Shown: piece by piece, positions 34,505 through 46,726 of the stretch
Position numbering within the stretch: the stretch's first letter is position 1
Layout of the letters: each line of letters opens with the position of its first letter
Source of the DNA: Macrostomum hystrix
Lineage: Eukaryota > Animalia > Platyhelminthes
DNA length: 64,000 nt
Assembly (NCBI GenBank): GCA_950097015.1
Contig: CATNEN010000005.1
Location: 5,394,001 to 5,458,000, forward strand
Direction: 5' to 3'
The notes under the pieces: model-generated
Databases searched by the model: none
What the model was told of the DNA's origin: nothing
What the model saw: only the letters and a program-made list of their open reading frames with translations
Program-made: the position numbers and the translations under genes

Positions 34505-37500
34505 ATGTCATTTCCTAGCTAGTTGGTCTTCATGGAGTGTCATTTCCTAGCTAGTTGGTCTTGATGGAGTGTCATTTCCTAGCTAGTTGGTCTTCATGGA
34601 GTGTCATTTCCTAGCTAGTGGGTCTTCATGAAGTGTCATTTCCTAGCTAGTTGGTCTTCATGGAGTGTCATTTCCTAGCTAGTTGGTCTTCATGGAGTGT
34701 CATTTCCTAGCTAGTTGGTCTTCATGAAGTGTCATTTCCTAGCTAGTTGGTCTTCATGGAGTGTCATTTCCTAGCTAGTTGGTCTTCATGGAGTGTCATT
34801 TCCTAGCTAGTTGGTCTTCATGGAGTGTCATTTCCTAGCTAGTTGGTCTTCATGAAGTGTCATTTCCTAGCTAGTGGGTCTTCATGGAGTGTCATTTCCT
34901 AGCTAGTGGGTCTTCATGAAGTGTCATTTCCTAGCTAGTTGGTCTTCATGGAGTGTCATTTCCTAGCTAGTTAGTCTTCATGAAGTGTCATTTCCTAGCT
35001 AGTTGGTCTTCATGGAGTATCATTTCCTAGCTAGTCTTTGTGAAGTGTCATTTCCTATAGCTAGTTGGTCTTCATGGAGTGTCATTTCCTAGCTAGTTGG
35101 TCTTCATGGAGTGTCATTTCCTAGCTAGTTGGTCTTCATGAAGTGTCATTTCCTAGCTAGTCTTTGTGAAGTGTCATTTCCTATAGCTAGTTGGTCTTCA
35201 TGGAGTGTCATTTCCTAGCTAGTTGGTCTTCATGGAGTGTCATTTCCTAGCTAGTTGGTCTTCATGGAGTGTCATTTCCTAGCTAGTTGGTCTTCATGAA
35301 GTGTCATTTCCTAGCTAGTTGGTCTTCATGGAGTGTCATTTCCTAGCTAGTTGGTCTTCATGGAGTGTCATTTCCTAGCTAGTTGGTCTTCATGGAGTGT
35401 CATTTCCTAGCTAGTTGGTCTTCATGAAGTGTCATTTCCTAGCTAGTTGGTCTTCATGGAGTGTCATTTCCTAGCTAGTTGGTCTTCATGGAGTGTCATT
35501 TCCTAGCTAGTTGGTCTTCATGAAGTGTCATTTCCTAGCTATTTGGTCTTCATGGAGTGTCATTTCCTAGCTAGTTGGTCTTCATGAAGTGTCATTTCCT
35601 AGCTAGTTGGTCTTCATGAAGTGTCATTTCCTAGCTAGTGGGTCTTCATGGAGTGTCATTTCCTAGCTAGTTGGTCTTCATGGAGTGTCATTTCCTAGCT
35701 AGTGGGTCTTCATGGAGTGTCATTTCCTAGCTAGTTGGTCTTCATGGAGTGTCATTTCCTAGCTAGTTGGTCTTCATGAAGTGTCATTTCCTAGCTAGTT
35801 GGTCTTCATGGAGTGTCATTTCCTAGCTAGTTGGTCTTCATGGAGTGTCATTTCCTAGCTAGTTGGTCTTCATGGAGTGTCATTTCCTAGCTAGTTGGTC
35901 TTCATGAAGTGTCATTTCCTAGCTAGTTGGTCTTCATGGAGTGTCATTTCCTAGCTAGTGGGTCTTCATGAAGTGTCATTTCCTAGCTAGTTGGTCTTCA
36001 TGGAGTGTCATTTCCTAGCTAGTTGGTCTTCATGGAGTGTCATTTCCTAGCTATTTGGTCTTCATGGAGTGTCATTTCCTAGCTAGTGGGTCTTCATGAA
36101 GTGTCATTTCCTAGCTAGTTGGTCTTCATGGAGTGTCATTTCCTAGCTAGTTGGTCTTCATGAAGTGTCATTTCCTAGCTAGTTGGTCTTCATGAAGTGT
36201 CATTTCCTAGCTAGTTGGTCTTCATGGAGTGTCATTTCCTGGCTAGTTGTTCTTCATGGAGTGTCATTTCCTAGCTAGTTGGTCTTCATGGAGTGTCATT
36301 TCCTAGCTAGTTGGTCTTCATAAAGTGTCATTTCCTAGCTAGTTGGTCTTGATGGAGTGTCATTTCCTAGCTAGTTGGTCTTGATGGAGTGTCATTTCCT
36401 AGCTAGTTGGTCTTCATGGAGTGTCATTTCCTAGCTAGTTGGTCTTCATGGAGTGTCATTTCCTAGCTAGTTGGTCTTGATGGAGTGTCATTTCCTAGCT
36501 AGTTGGTCTTCATGGAGTGTCATTTCCTAGCTAGTGGGTCTTCATGAAGTGTCATTTCCTAGCTAGTTGGTCTTCATGGAGTGTCATTTCCTAGCTAGTT
36601 GGTCTTCATGAAGTGTCATTTCCTAGCTAGTTGGTCTTCATGAAGTGTCATTTCCTAGCTAGTTGGTCTTCATGGAGTGTCATTTCCTAGCTAGTTGGTC
36701 TTCATGGAGTGTCATTTCCTAGCTAGTTGGTCTTCATGGAGTGTCATTTCCTAGCTAGTTGGTCTTCATGAAGTGTCATTTCCTAGCTAGTGGGTCTTCA
36801 TGGAGTGTCATTTCCTAGCTAGTGGGTCTTCATGAAGTGTCATTTCCTAGCTAGTTGGTCTTCATGGAGTGTCATTTCCTAGCTAGTTAGTCTTCATGAG
36901 TGTCATTTCCTAGCTAGTTGGTCTTCATGGAGTATCATTTCCTAGCTAGTCTTTGTGAAGTGTCATTTCCTATAGCTAGTTGGTCTTCATGGAGTGTCAT
37001 TTCCTAGCTAGTTGGTCTTCATGGAGTGTCATTTCCTAGCTAGTTGGTCTTCATGAAGTGTCATTTCCTAGCTAGTCTTTGTGAAGTGTCATTTCCTATA
37101 GCTAGTTGGTCTTCATGGAGTGTCATTTCCTAGCTAGTTGGTCTTCATGGAGTGTCATTTCCTAGCTAGTTGGTCTTCATGGAGTGTCATTTCCTAGCTA
37201 GTTGGTCTTCATGAAGTGTCATTTCCTAGCTAGTTGGTCTTCATGGAGTGTCATTTCCTAGCTAGTTGGTCTTCATGGAGTGTCATTTCCTAGCTAGTTG
37301 GTCTTCATGGAGTGTCATTTCCTAGCTAGTTGGTCTTCATGAAGTGTCATTTCCTAGCTAGTTGGTCTTCATGGAGTGTCATTTCCTAGCTAGTTGGTCT
37401 TCATGGAGTGTCATTTCCTAGCTAGTTGGTCTTCATGAAGTGTCATTTCCTAGCTATTTGGTCTTCATGGAGTGTCATTTCCTAGCTAGTTGGTCTTCAT

Positions 37501-39960
37501 GAAGTGTCATTTCCTAGCTAGTTGGTCTTCATGAAGTGTCATTTCCTAGCTAGTGGGTCTTCATGGAGTGTCATTTCCTAGCTAGTTGGTCTTCATGGAG
37601 TGTCATTTCCTAGCTAGTGGGTCTTCATGGAGTGTCATTTCCTAGCTAGTTGGTCTTCATGGAGTGTCATTTCCTAGCTAGTTGGTCTTCATGAAGTGTC
37701 ATTTCCTAGCTAGTTGGTCTTCATGGAGTGTCATTTCCTAGCTAGTTGGTCTTCATGGAGTGTCATTTCCTAGCTAGTTGGTCTTCATGGAGTGTCATTT
37801 CCTAGCTAGTTGGTCTTCATGAAGTGTCATTTCCTAGCTAGTTGGTCTTCATGGAGTGTCATTTCCTAGCTAGTGGGTCTTCATGAAGTGTCATTTCCTA
37901 GCTAGTTGGTCTTCATGGAGTGTCATTTCCTAGCTAGTTGGTCTTCATGGAGTGTCATTTCCTAGCTATTTGGTCTTCATGGAGTGTCATTTCCTAGCTA
38001 GTGGGTCTTCATGAAGTGTCATTTCCTAGCTAGTTGGTCTTCATGGAGTGTCATTTCCTAGCTAGTTGGTCTTCATGGAAGTGTCATTTCCTAGCTAGTT
38101 GGTCTTCATGAAGTGTCATTTCCTAGCTAGTTGGTCTTCATGGAGTGTCATTTCCTGGCTAGTTGTTCTTCATGGAGTGTCATTTCCTAGCTAGTTGGTC
38201 TTCATGGAGTGTCATTTCCTAGCTAGTTGGTCTTCATGAAGTGTCATTTCCTAGCTAGTTGGTCTTCGATGGAGTGTCATTTCCTAGCTAGTTGGTCTTG
38301 ATGGAGTGTCATTTCCTAGCTAGTTGGTCTTCATGGAGTGTCATTTCCTAGCTAGTTGGTCTTCATGGAGTGTCATTTCCTAGCTAGTTGGTCTTGCATG
38401 GAGTGTCATTTCCTAGCTAGTTGGTCTTCATGGAGTGTCATTTCCTAGCTAGTTGGGTCTTCATGAGTGTCATTTCCTAGCTAGTTGGTCTTCATGGAGT
38501 GTCATTTCCTAGCTAGTTGGTCTTCATGGAGTGTCATTTCCTAGCTAGTTGGTCTTCATGAAGTGTCATTTCCTAGCTAGTTGGTCTTCATGGAGTGTCA
38601 TTTCCTAGCTAGTTGGTCTTCATGGAGTGTCATTTCCTAGCTAGTTGGTCTTCATGGAGTGTCATTTCCTAGCTAGTTGGTCTTCATGAAGTGTCATTTC
38701 CTAGCTAGTTGGTCTTCATGGAGTGTCATTTCCTAGCTAGTGGGTCTTCATGAAGTGTCATTTCCTAGCTAGTTGGTCTTCATGGAGTGTCATTTCCTAG
38801 CTAGTTGGTCTTCATGAAGTGTCATTTCCTAGCTATTTGGTCTTCATGGAGTGTCATTTCCTAGCTAGTGGGTCTTCATGAAGTGTCATTTCCTAGCTAG
38901 TTGGTCTTCATGGAGTGTCATTTCCTAGCTAGTTGGTCTTCATGAAGTGTCATTTCCTAGCTAGTTGGTCTTCATGAAGTGTCATTTCCTAGCTAGTAGT
39001 GGGTCTTCATGGAAGTGTCATTTCCTAGCTAGTTGGTCCTTCATGGAAGTGTCATTTCCTAGCTAGTTGGTCTTCATGGAAGTGTCATTTCCTAGCTAGT
39101 TGGTCTTCATGAAGTGTCATTTCCTAGCTAGTTCAGTGGAGTGTCATTTCCTAGCTAGTTGTCTTCATGAGTGTCCCCATTTCCTAGCTAGTTGGTCTGA
39201 CATGGAGTGTCCATTTCCTAGCTACTGGTTTGAAGTGTCCTTCCTATGGTCTTGATGAGTGGTCAGTTCCTAGCTAGTGGGTCTTCATGGAAGTGATCAT
39301 TTCCTAGCTAGATTGGTCTTCATGGAGTGTCATTATCCCTAGCTAGTTGGTCTTCATGAAGTGTCCATTTCCTAGCTAGTTGGTCGTTCCATGGAGTGTC
39401 ATTTGCCTAGCTAGTTGGCTTCATGGAGTGTCATTTCCTAGCTAGTTGGTCTTCATGGAGTGTCAATTTCCTAGCTAGTTGGTCTTCATGGAAGCTGTCA
39501 TTTCCTAGCTAGTGGGTCTTCATGTAAGTGTCATTCCTAGCTAGTTGGATCCTTGATGGAAGTGTCCATTTCCTAGCTCAGTTGGTCTTCATGGAGTGTC
39601 CATTTCCTAGCTAGTTGGTCTTCATGAAGTGTCATTTCCTAGCTATTTGGTCTTCATGGAGTGTCATTTCCTAGCTAGTGGGTCTTCATGAAGTGTCATT
39701 TCCTAGCTAGTTGGTCTTCATGGAGTGTCATTTCCTAGCTAGTTGGTCTTCATGGAGTGTCATTTCCTAGCTAGTTGGTCTTCATGGAGTGTCATTTCCT
39801 AGCTAGTTGGTCTTCATGAAGTGTCATTTCCTAGCTAGTTGGTCTTCATGAAGTGTCATTTCCTAGCTAGTCTTTGTGAAGTGTCATTTCCTATAGCTAG
39901 TTGGTCTTCATGAAGTGTCATTTCCTAGCTAGTTGGTCTTCATGAAGTGTCATTTCCTAG
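34505..39960. repeat. Satellite array, 32-bp unit GTGTCATTTCCTAGCTAGTTGGTCTTCATG(G/A)A (~5.5 kb)
   Basis: Continuous tandem array with 32-bp period (e.g. 34506 to 34538). Confidence 0.97.
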
Positions 39961-40348
39961 CTAGTCTTTGTGAAGTGTCATTTCCTATAGCTAGTCTTCG
40001 TGAAGTGTCATTTCCTATAGCTAGTCTTCGTGAAGTGTCATTTCATATAGCTAGTCTTCGTGAAGTGTCATTTCATATAGCTAGTCTTCGTGAAGTGTCA
40101 TTTCCTATAGCTAGTCTTCGTGAAGTGTCATTTCCTATAGCTAGTCTTCGTGAAGTGTCATTTCCTATAGCTAGTCTTCGTGAAGTGTCATTTCCTATAG
40201 CTAGTCTTCGTGAAGTGTCATTTCCTATAGCTAGTCTTCGTGAAGTGTCATTTCCTATAGCTAGTCTTCGTTAAGTGTCATTTCCTATAGCTAGTCTTCG
40301 TTAAGTGTCATTTCCTATAGCTAGTCTTCGTGAAGTGTCATTTCCTAG
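39961..40348. repeat. 30-bp derivative array GTGTCATTTCCTATAGCTAGTCTTCGTGAA
   Basis: Homogeneous 30-bp units contiguous with the 32-bp array. Confidence 0.92.
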
Positions 40349-41154
40349 TTGTTCTTTATTAAGTGTCATTTTTACTGTCCTTTAAGAAAGTGTCATCTTC
40401 TAGTATTTTCTCATCACGTCGACTGTCTACAGGTAATTCAGAAAGATGTGTATTTAGTTTCAATTGAATTAGTCACGTTCTGTTAAAAAATCAAAACGAT
40501 GATAGAGATTTTCAACTTACTTTACTTAGGGGTCAAACAATGGTGTTTTCTACTAGTAGAGAAAATTAGCTATGAATAAAAAAGGGTAAATGTGTACACA
40601 CTTGAGTGTAGTTTGGTGAATACTTGTTTGAAGAGGCAAATTCTCTCTCTCTACTTGTCTGCTTGTGTGTGTGTTTGCTTCTGCTTTCATTGACTATAAA
40701 AACAGGTTGTGGCCTGTGGAGAGGACTAATGTTATAGAATACTAATATTGTGTGCTGTCGGATGTGCTGTCGGATCTCGTGACCCCTTACAGCAACCCCA
40801 TTTTTCGTCTGCTTTTCCTTCTAGTTATGAGTCCAGTTCTTATTACTCACAAGCTTAACTTAGCTTCTCAATATTTTTGTAGAACCGAGCTAAGAATAAA
40901 AAGCTGAAATACTGTGCTAGCCTAATCTTTGACTTGATATATAGCTAGGCGACTGTTTGATTGAAAATAATAATTAGGCCTAAAGTTTCGACTCAATGTG
41001 ACAGCAACAAAAATTGATACGGTATTTTATTGACTTCATCCGCACTCGACTAACTGCTGGAATGAGTGTCAGATTTTAGCCATGCTGGTAAGCTGCTTTT
41101 TGTGTTGCAGTTTTCTGCGACTAGTGCTCTGAGAAACAATAGCTATGTACTTTT

Positions 41155-41727
41155 AGCTTCTCTCCCTTTCCCTCCCTTCATCTCTCCCTGACTCTCACTT
41201 CATCTCTCCCGTACCCTTCATGAAGAGCAACATTTATGTACTTTTAGCTGCTTCAACTCTCATCTCGCTTTCTTTCCGTTACCCTCCCTTCATCCCTCCC
41301 TAACCTTCCCTTCATCTCTCCCTGACCTCCCTTCATCTCTCCCTGACCTCCCTTCATCTCTCCCTGACCCTCCCTTCATCCCTCCCTAACCCTCCTTTCA
41401 TCTCTCCCTAACCCTCCCTTCATCTCTCCCTGACCTCCATTCATCTCTCCCTGACCTCCCTTCATCTCTCCCTGACCCTCCCTTCATCTCTCCATGACCC
41501 TCCCTTCATCCCTCCCTGACCCTCCCTTCATCTCTCCCTGACCCTCCCTTCATCTCTCCATGACCCTCCCTTCATCTCTCCATGACCCTCCCTTCATCCC
41601 TCCCTGACCCTCCCTTCATCTCTCCCTAACCCTCCCTTTATCTCTCCCTAACCCTCCCTTTATCTCTCTCTGACCTCCCTTCATCTCTCCCTGACCTCTC
41701 TTCATCTCTCCCTGACCTCCCTTCCCT
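41155..41727. repeat. Pyrimidine-rich minisatellite, 21-22-bp unit CCCTCCCTTCATCTCTCCCTGA
   Basis: Tandem repeats. Confidence 0.9.
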
Positions 41728-42208
41728 GACACACACAAGTGCATCTCTAATTAGACACCCACATAGATGTCGCTTGTCAAGCCATGAAAGCTAGACATTT
41801 TATCAGACTGAAATAATTTGTACTTTTAAGCTAAACTTCCTGTCCCATTCATTTTCATCGCCTTTACTCTTAAAAAAAGCCTGAAACCTAAAAGTGCACA
41901 CAAACTTAATTATACAGACAAGAGAAATGCAAAGTTAATTAGTTCAAGATTTGTGTGGGCGTTTTTGCAGGGCTAAAATGTTAATACGAAACCTTGTAAC
42001 AACAGGTTACAGAGAAAAATAAATTAGCATATACAAAATTTCGCTGCAACACACTATACACTGGCCCCCGTAACTTATGTAAAACCCTGCAGATTCGGAT
42101 CTGGCGAATCGTACGACAAAACGCTTTCAACTAGCGAAAACAGTTCTTACTCTGCCATTCTATTTAAAGCTCCTAGCTCAATAAGAGAGCCGCGAAAGGT
42201 TTGCAATT

Positions 42209-43123
42209 ATGGGGAACAGACTAACGACTGGCGCGAGCGTCGGCACAGAGGAGCCGATGTACTTCGACGAAAGTGCCAGTGTCAGTCTGGGCGAAGATCT
42301 CTCGGACTCTTCGTTGGACATTTTAGCTCCTCAAAATTATAATTCAACTTCTTCTGGAGCTTCTGATGTCTTGTCGTCGGCGACGCGAGATACGACAACG
42401 CCGGCAGTCAGCGATGATGGCGGGCTTAGCAATCTGGCGTTTGCGCCCAGCCTGAAAGACATCAGCGCCAGGACTGTGCTGACTACGACTGTCTTAGCGT
42501 CTGAACCGCTTCAAGCAGCCGGTCAGCAGCCTCACTCGGATGCGGACCGCAGGACGCGCATTTGTCCGATAGTTCAAAACGGCCGCCAAGTCACCAAGGA
42601 TTTCTATTGGCTGCTCCCGGAGCGAAGGAAGCCTTCTATTGGTTCGCGAACCCTGCCAGCCGTGGCCGATGAAGACGAATACCAGAATGTGATCAGCGGC
42701 AGCTCGTCAACGCCGAAGCCTCCACCGAGAAGGATTTGCCGTTCAGAGTCCAGCGGACCTGCGGTCACCGGTGGAGCCGCTCACAGGCGAGCATCGGCTG
42801 TCAGACTGTGCCGCAGGACGGCGTCATCAGCCAGCGACTCGGCGGGCTGCACTTTTGCCGCATTCGCGCCGCATCAGTGGCGGCACAGTCTGGTGCTGGA
42901 AGTTCAGTCAGCTGTGCCCGGAGTTACAGACGATGAGTGCCGACTGGCTCTGGGATTAAACCGCGGCAACTCGGAGCTGGCTGCCAAATATCTCAAGGTT
43001 GAGCAGCTGTTTCGGCTGGGCTTGGCTGAGCGGAGCGACTGTCTGGCCGTGCTGCAGGCCTCAGACTGGTGCTTGGAGACCGCTGCAGTGGCGCTGGCTG
43101 ACCGGGCGGCCTGCACTGATTGA
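42209..43123 (+). CDS. ACK1/TNK2-like C-terminal region (MIG6-homology segment plus tandem UBA); standalone ORF or terminal exon
   Basis: RICPIVQNGRQVTKDFYWLLPER matches the ACK1/MIG6 motif (..CILPI..DGKKVSSTHYYLLPERP). VPGVTDDECRLAL...AAKYLKVEQLFRLGL...C..VLQ..DWCLE.A matches the ACK C-terminal UBA pair. In-frame stop at 42182 lies upstream of the ATG. Confidence 0.8.
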   Translation: MGNRLTTGASVGTEEPMYFDESASVSLGEDLSDSSLDILAPQNYNSTSSGASDVLSSATRDTTTPAVSDDGGLSNLAFAPSLKDISARTVLTTTVLASEPLQAAGQQPHSDADRRTRICPIVQNGRQVTKDFYWLLPERRKPSIGSRTLPAVADEDEYQNVISGSSSTPKPPPRRICRSESSGPAVTGGAAHRRASAVRLCRRTASSASDSAGCTFAAFAPHQWRHSLVLEVQSAVPGVTDDECRLALGLNRGNSELAAKYLKVEQLFRLGLAERSDCLAVLQASDWCLETAAVALADRAACTD

Positions 43124-43234
43124 TTTCGATCTGTCAAAATCGAACTTCATTTGTAAATGGTGCGTTTACAAATTGCTCTGGAAAATATTCTAGATTAACT
43201 TTGATTTTTCTCTCCCCTACCGCCGCTCTCTCAT

Positions 43235-43905
43235 TCCTTTCCTCTCTCCCTCTATGCCTTTTCCTCTCACCCTCTATGCCTTTTCCTCTCTGCCTCTATG
43301 CCTTTTCCTCTCTCCCTCTATGCCTTTTCCTCTCTCCCTCTATGTCTTTTCCTCTCTCCCTCTATGCCTTTTCCTCTCACCCTCTATGCCTTTTCCTCTC
43401 TGCCTCTATGCCTTTTCCTCTCTGCCTCTATGCCTTTTCCTCTCTGCCTCTATGCCTTTTCCTCTCTGCCTCTATGCCTTTTCCTCTCTGCCTCTATGCC
43501 TTTTCCTCTCTCCCTCTATGCCTTTTCCTCTCTCCCTCTATGCCTTTTCCTCTCTCCCTCTATGCCTTTTCCTCTCTCCCTCTATGCCTTTTCCTTTCAT
43601 CCTCTATGCCTTTTCCTTTCTCCCTCTATGCCTTTTCCTTTCTCCCTCTATGCCTTTTCCTCTCACCCTCTATGCCTTTTCCTCTCACCCTCTATGCCTT
43701 TTCCTCTCTCCCTCTATGCCTTTTCCTCTCACCCTCTATGCCTTTTCCTCTCACCCTCTATGCCTTTTCCTCTCTCCCTCTATGCCTTTTCCTCTCACCC
43801 TCTATGTCTTTTCCTCTCTCCCTCTATGCCTTTTCCTCTCTCCCTCTATGCCTTTTCCTCTCTGCCTCTATGCCTTTTCCTTTCACCCTTGATGCCTTTT
43901 CCTCT
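43235..43905. repeat. 22-bp minisatellite CCTCTATGCCTTTTCCTCTCTC
   Basis: About 30 tandem units. Confidence 0.95.
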
Positions 43906-44689
43906 GGTCAAATCAATTTTCATCTAACAGTTTTCATTTATGCAATCTCCTTTTTAGGAGTTTGATTTCAAAACCTCCTTCTTTTCTACTGTAAGTAATA
44001 AGTAGCGAAGTCATAACTTTCGAAAAAACGAAATACTTTTTGAAACGAATTTCAGAATTAACAGAAAAGTCAACCAACGAAAGGCTAATGAATTTGCGAC
44101 TAAACTAAACATTTTTTCATATCATTTTGTCTATAAGTTCACGCTTTGTACTTGTAGATAACATTCTGTAAGCACGCTATTTATATACATATTGTTTGTT
44201 AGAATATATGTATTATTATATATATTATTAATTTAAGATTGCTCGTAAGTTGACTTGATAAATTCATAGATCAGTATTGATTCTATATTAGATATAAGCA
44301 CATTTTCATTTTAATTCAGCAGACAAGAAAGCATAAATCGTTTGTTTTGCCATTTTAAGCAGTGTCTGTGGTTCTTGCTTCCATAATTAACTATGCGCTT
44401 CCTAGTTTCTGACTTCCACACTTTAAACTGCCTGCGATGCAGACACTTTGAAAAATTCGAAAGCTTTCGTTTAAATAATATTTTGTCAGTTTTTGTTGCA
44501 CAAAAACTTTGTATTCAATTAACTTTTGTTTTATTTCAATACATCACTGCACCGATTTGATTTTTTTATACTTTGCATCTGTGAAGGCACCGATTAAAAT
44601 ATCAATTAAAACTAGTTCTTAGATATTTGTTTTATTGATTCTTCAAAATGAAAAAGATTATGTTAGTTCTAAACAATATTTTAATTTCT

Positions 44690-45250
44690 AATTCTACTCC
44701 TAGTTCTAGTTCTAGTTCTAGTTCTAGTTCTGGTTCTAGTTCTAGTTCTAGTTCTTGTTCTAGTTCTAGTTCTAGTTCTAGTTCTAGTTCTTTTTCTAGT
44801 TCTAGTTCTTGTTCTAGTTCTGGTTCTAGTTCTAGTTCTAGTTCTACTTCTTGTTCTAGTTCTACTTCTTGTTCTAGTTCTTGTTCTAGTTCTAGTTCTA
44901 ATTCTAGTTCTAGTTCTAGTTCTTGTTATAGTTCTAGTTCTTGTTCTAGTTCTAGTTCTAGTTCTGGTTCTAGTTCTAGTTCTAGTTCTAGTTCTTGTTC
45001 TAGTTCTTGTTCTAGTTCTAGTTCTAGTTCTAGTTCTAGTTCTTGTTCTTGTTCTAGTTCTAGTTCTAGTTCTAGTTCTTGTTCTAGTTCTAGTTCTAGT
45101 TCTAGTTCTTGTTATAGTTCTAGTTCTACTTCTAGTTCTAGTTCTTGTTCTAGTTCTTGTTCTTGTTCTAGTTCTAGTTCTAGTTCTAGTTCTTGTTCTA
45201 GTTCTAGCTCTAGTTCTAGTTCTAGTTCTAGTTCTAGTTCTAGTTATAGT
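44690..45250. repeat. (TTCTAG)n hexanucleotide array
   Basis: Tandem hexamers with TTCTTG/TTCTGG variants. Confidence 0.95.
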
Positions 45251-45254
45251 TCTA

Positions 45255-45400
45255 TACAAGTTATAGTTCTAGTACTAGTTATAGTTCTAGTACTAATTAT
45301 AGTTCTAGTACTAGTTATAGTTCTAGTACTAGTTATAGTTCTAGTACTAGTTATAGTTCTAGTACTAGTTATAGTTCTAGTACTAGTTATAGTTCTAGTG
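45255..45400. repeat. 18-bp tandem repeat AGTTATAGTTCTAGTACT
   Basis: About 8 copies contiguous with the hexamer array. Confidence 0.9.
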
Positions 45401-45799
45401 CACATGATGTACCTTCTTTAGAACGCCATGAATATTTCCCTAAGCAACGACCAGTTCTTAGCGGTCAAATTGAGCAAGAATTATTTTTGTCCAAAAAGGC
45501 GTCATAGCTTCATTTTTGTCCGCCAATTCAGTGACTCTGTCTTGTCTTTGAGAATATACTTTGATTTAGGATGAAAATTGCAAGCCATCGTCCATGCCAG
45601 CAAAGAGTGTTTATAAAAGCATAGCCAGATTTTTTAGATTCAATCGTTCTCAAAAAATATAATTCAAAGGAAACGCTAAGCACGACCAGGACACTTAGCT
45701 TGCGTTTTTGGCGACGTTAAAATACTGAAATCTGCGAGTGGAATGGTGTGACACTGGAGTGACTGAATCTGCGAGTGAAATGGTGTGACACTGTCGGTG

Positions 45800-46726
45800 A
45801 TTATTCTAGCTACGATTCTAGCAACGATTCTAGCTTCGATTCTAGCTTCGATTCTAGCTTCGATTCTAGCTTCGATTCTAGCTTCGATTCTAGCTTCGAT
45901 TCTAGCAACGATTCTAGCTTCGATTCTTGCTTCGATTCTAACAACGATTCTAACAATGATTCTAGCTACGATTCAAGCTACGATTCTAGCCTCGATTCTA
46001 TCTTTGATTCTAGCTTCGATTCTAGCAACGATTCTAGCTTCGATTCTTGCTTCGATTCTAACAACGATTCTAGCTACGATTCTAGCTACGATTCTAGCCT
46101 CGATTCTATCTTCGATTCTAGCTACGATTCTAGCTTCGATTCTAGCTACGATTCTAGCTACGATTCTAGCAACGATTCTAGCCTCGATTCTAGCTTCGAT
46201 TTTAGCTTCGATTCTAGCTGCGATTCTAGCAACGATTCTAGCCTCTATTCTAGCTTCGATTCTAGCTTCGATTCTAGCTTCGATTCTTGCTTCGATTCTA
46301 GCTACGATTCTAGCTACGATTCTAGCCTCGATTCTATCTACGATTCTAGCTACGATTCTAGCTTCGATTCTAGCTACGATTCTAGCTTCGGTTCTAGCTT
46401 CGATTCTAGCTACGATTCTAACAACGATTCTAGCTACGATTCTAGCTTCGATTCTAGCTACGATTCTAGCTTCGGTTCTAGCTTCGATTCTAGCTACGAT
46501 TCTAACAACGATTCTAGCTACGATTCTAACAACGATTCTAGCTACGATTCTAGCTTCGGTTCTAGCTACGATTCTAGCTACGATTCTAGCTTCGATTCTA
46601 GCTACGATTCTAGCTTCGGTTCTAGCTTCGATTCTAGCTACGATTCTAACAACGATTCTAGCTACGATTCTAGCTTCGATTCTAGCTTCGATTCTAGCTA
46701 CGGCTCTAGCCTCGATTCTAGCTATG
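45800..46726. repeat. 12-bp minisatellite GATTCTAGC(TT/TA/AA/CT)C
   Basis: Tandem units with fixed 12-bp period. Confidence 0.95.

Noticed and set aside
38000-39620. Burst of 1-2-bp indels within the 32-bp satellite as an older, diverged sub-array
   Set aside because: The scattered single-base insertions and deletions, flanked by clean units, look like unpolished long-read error; reads would be needed to treat it as biological.
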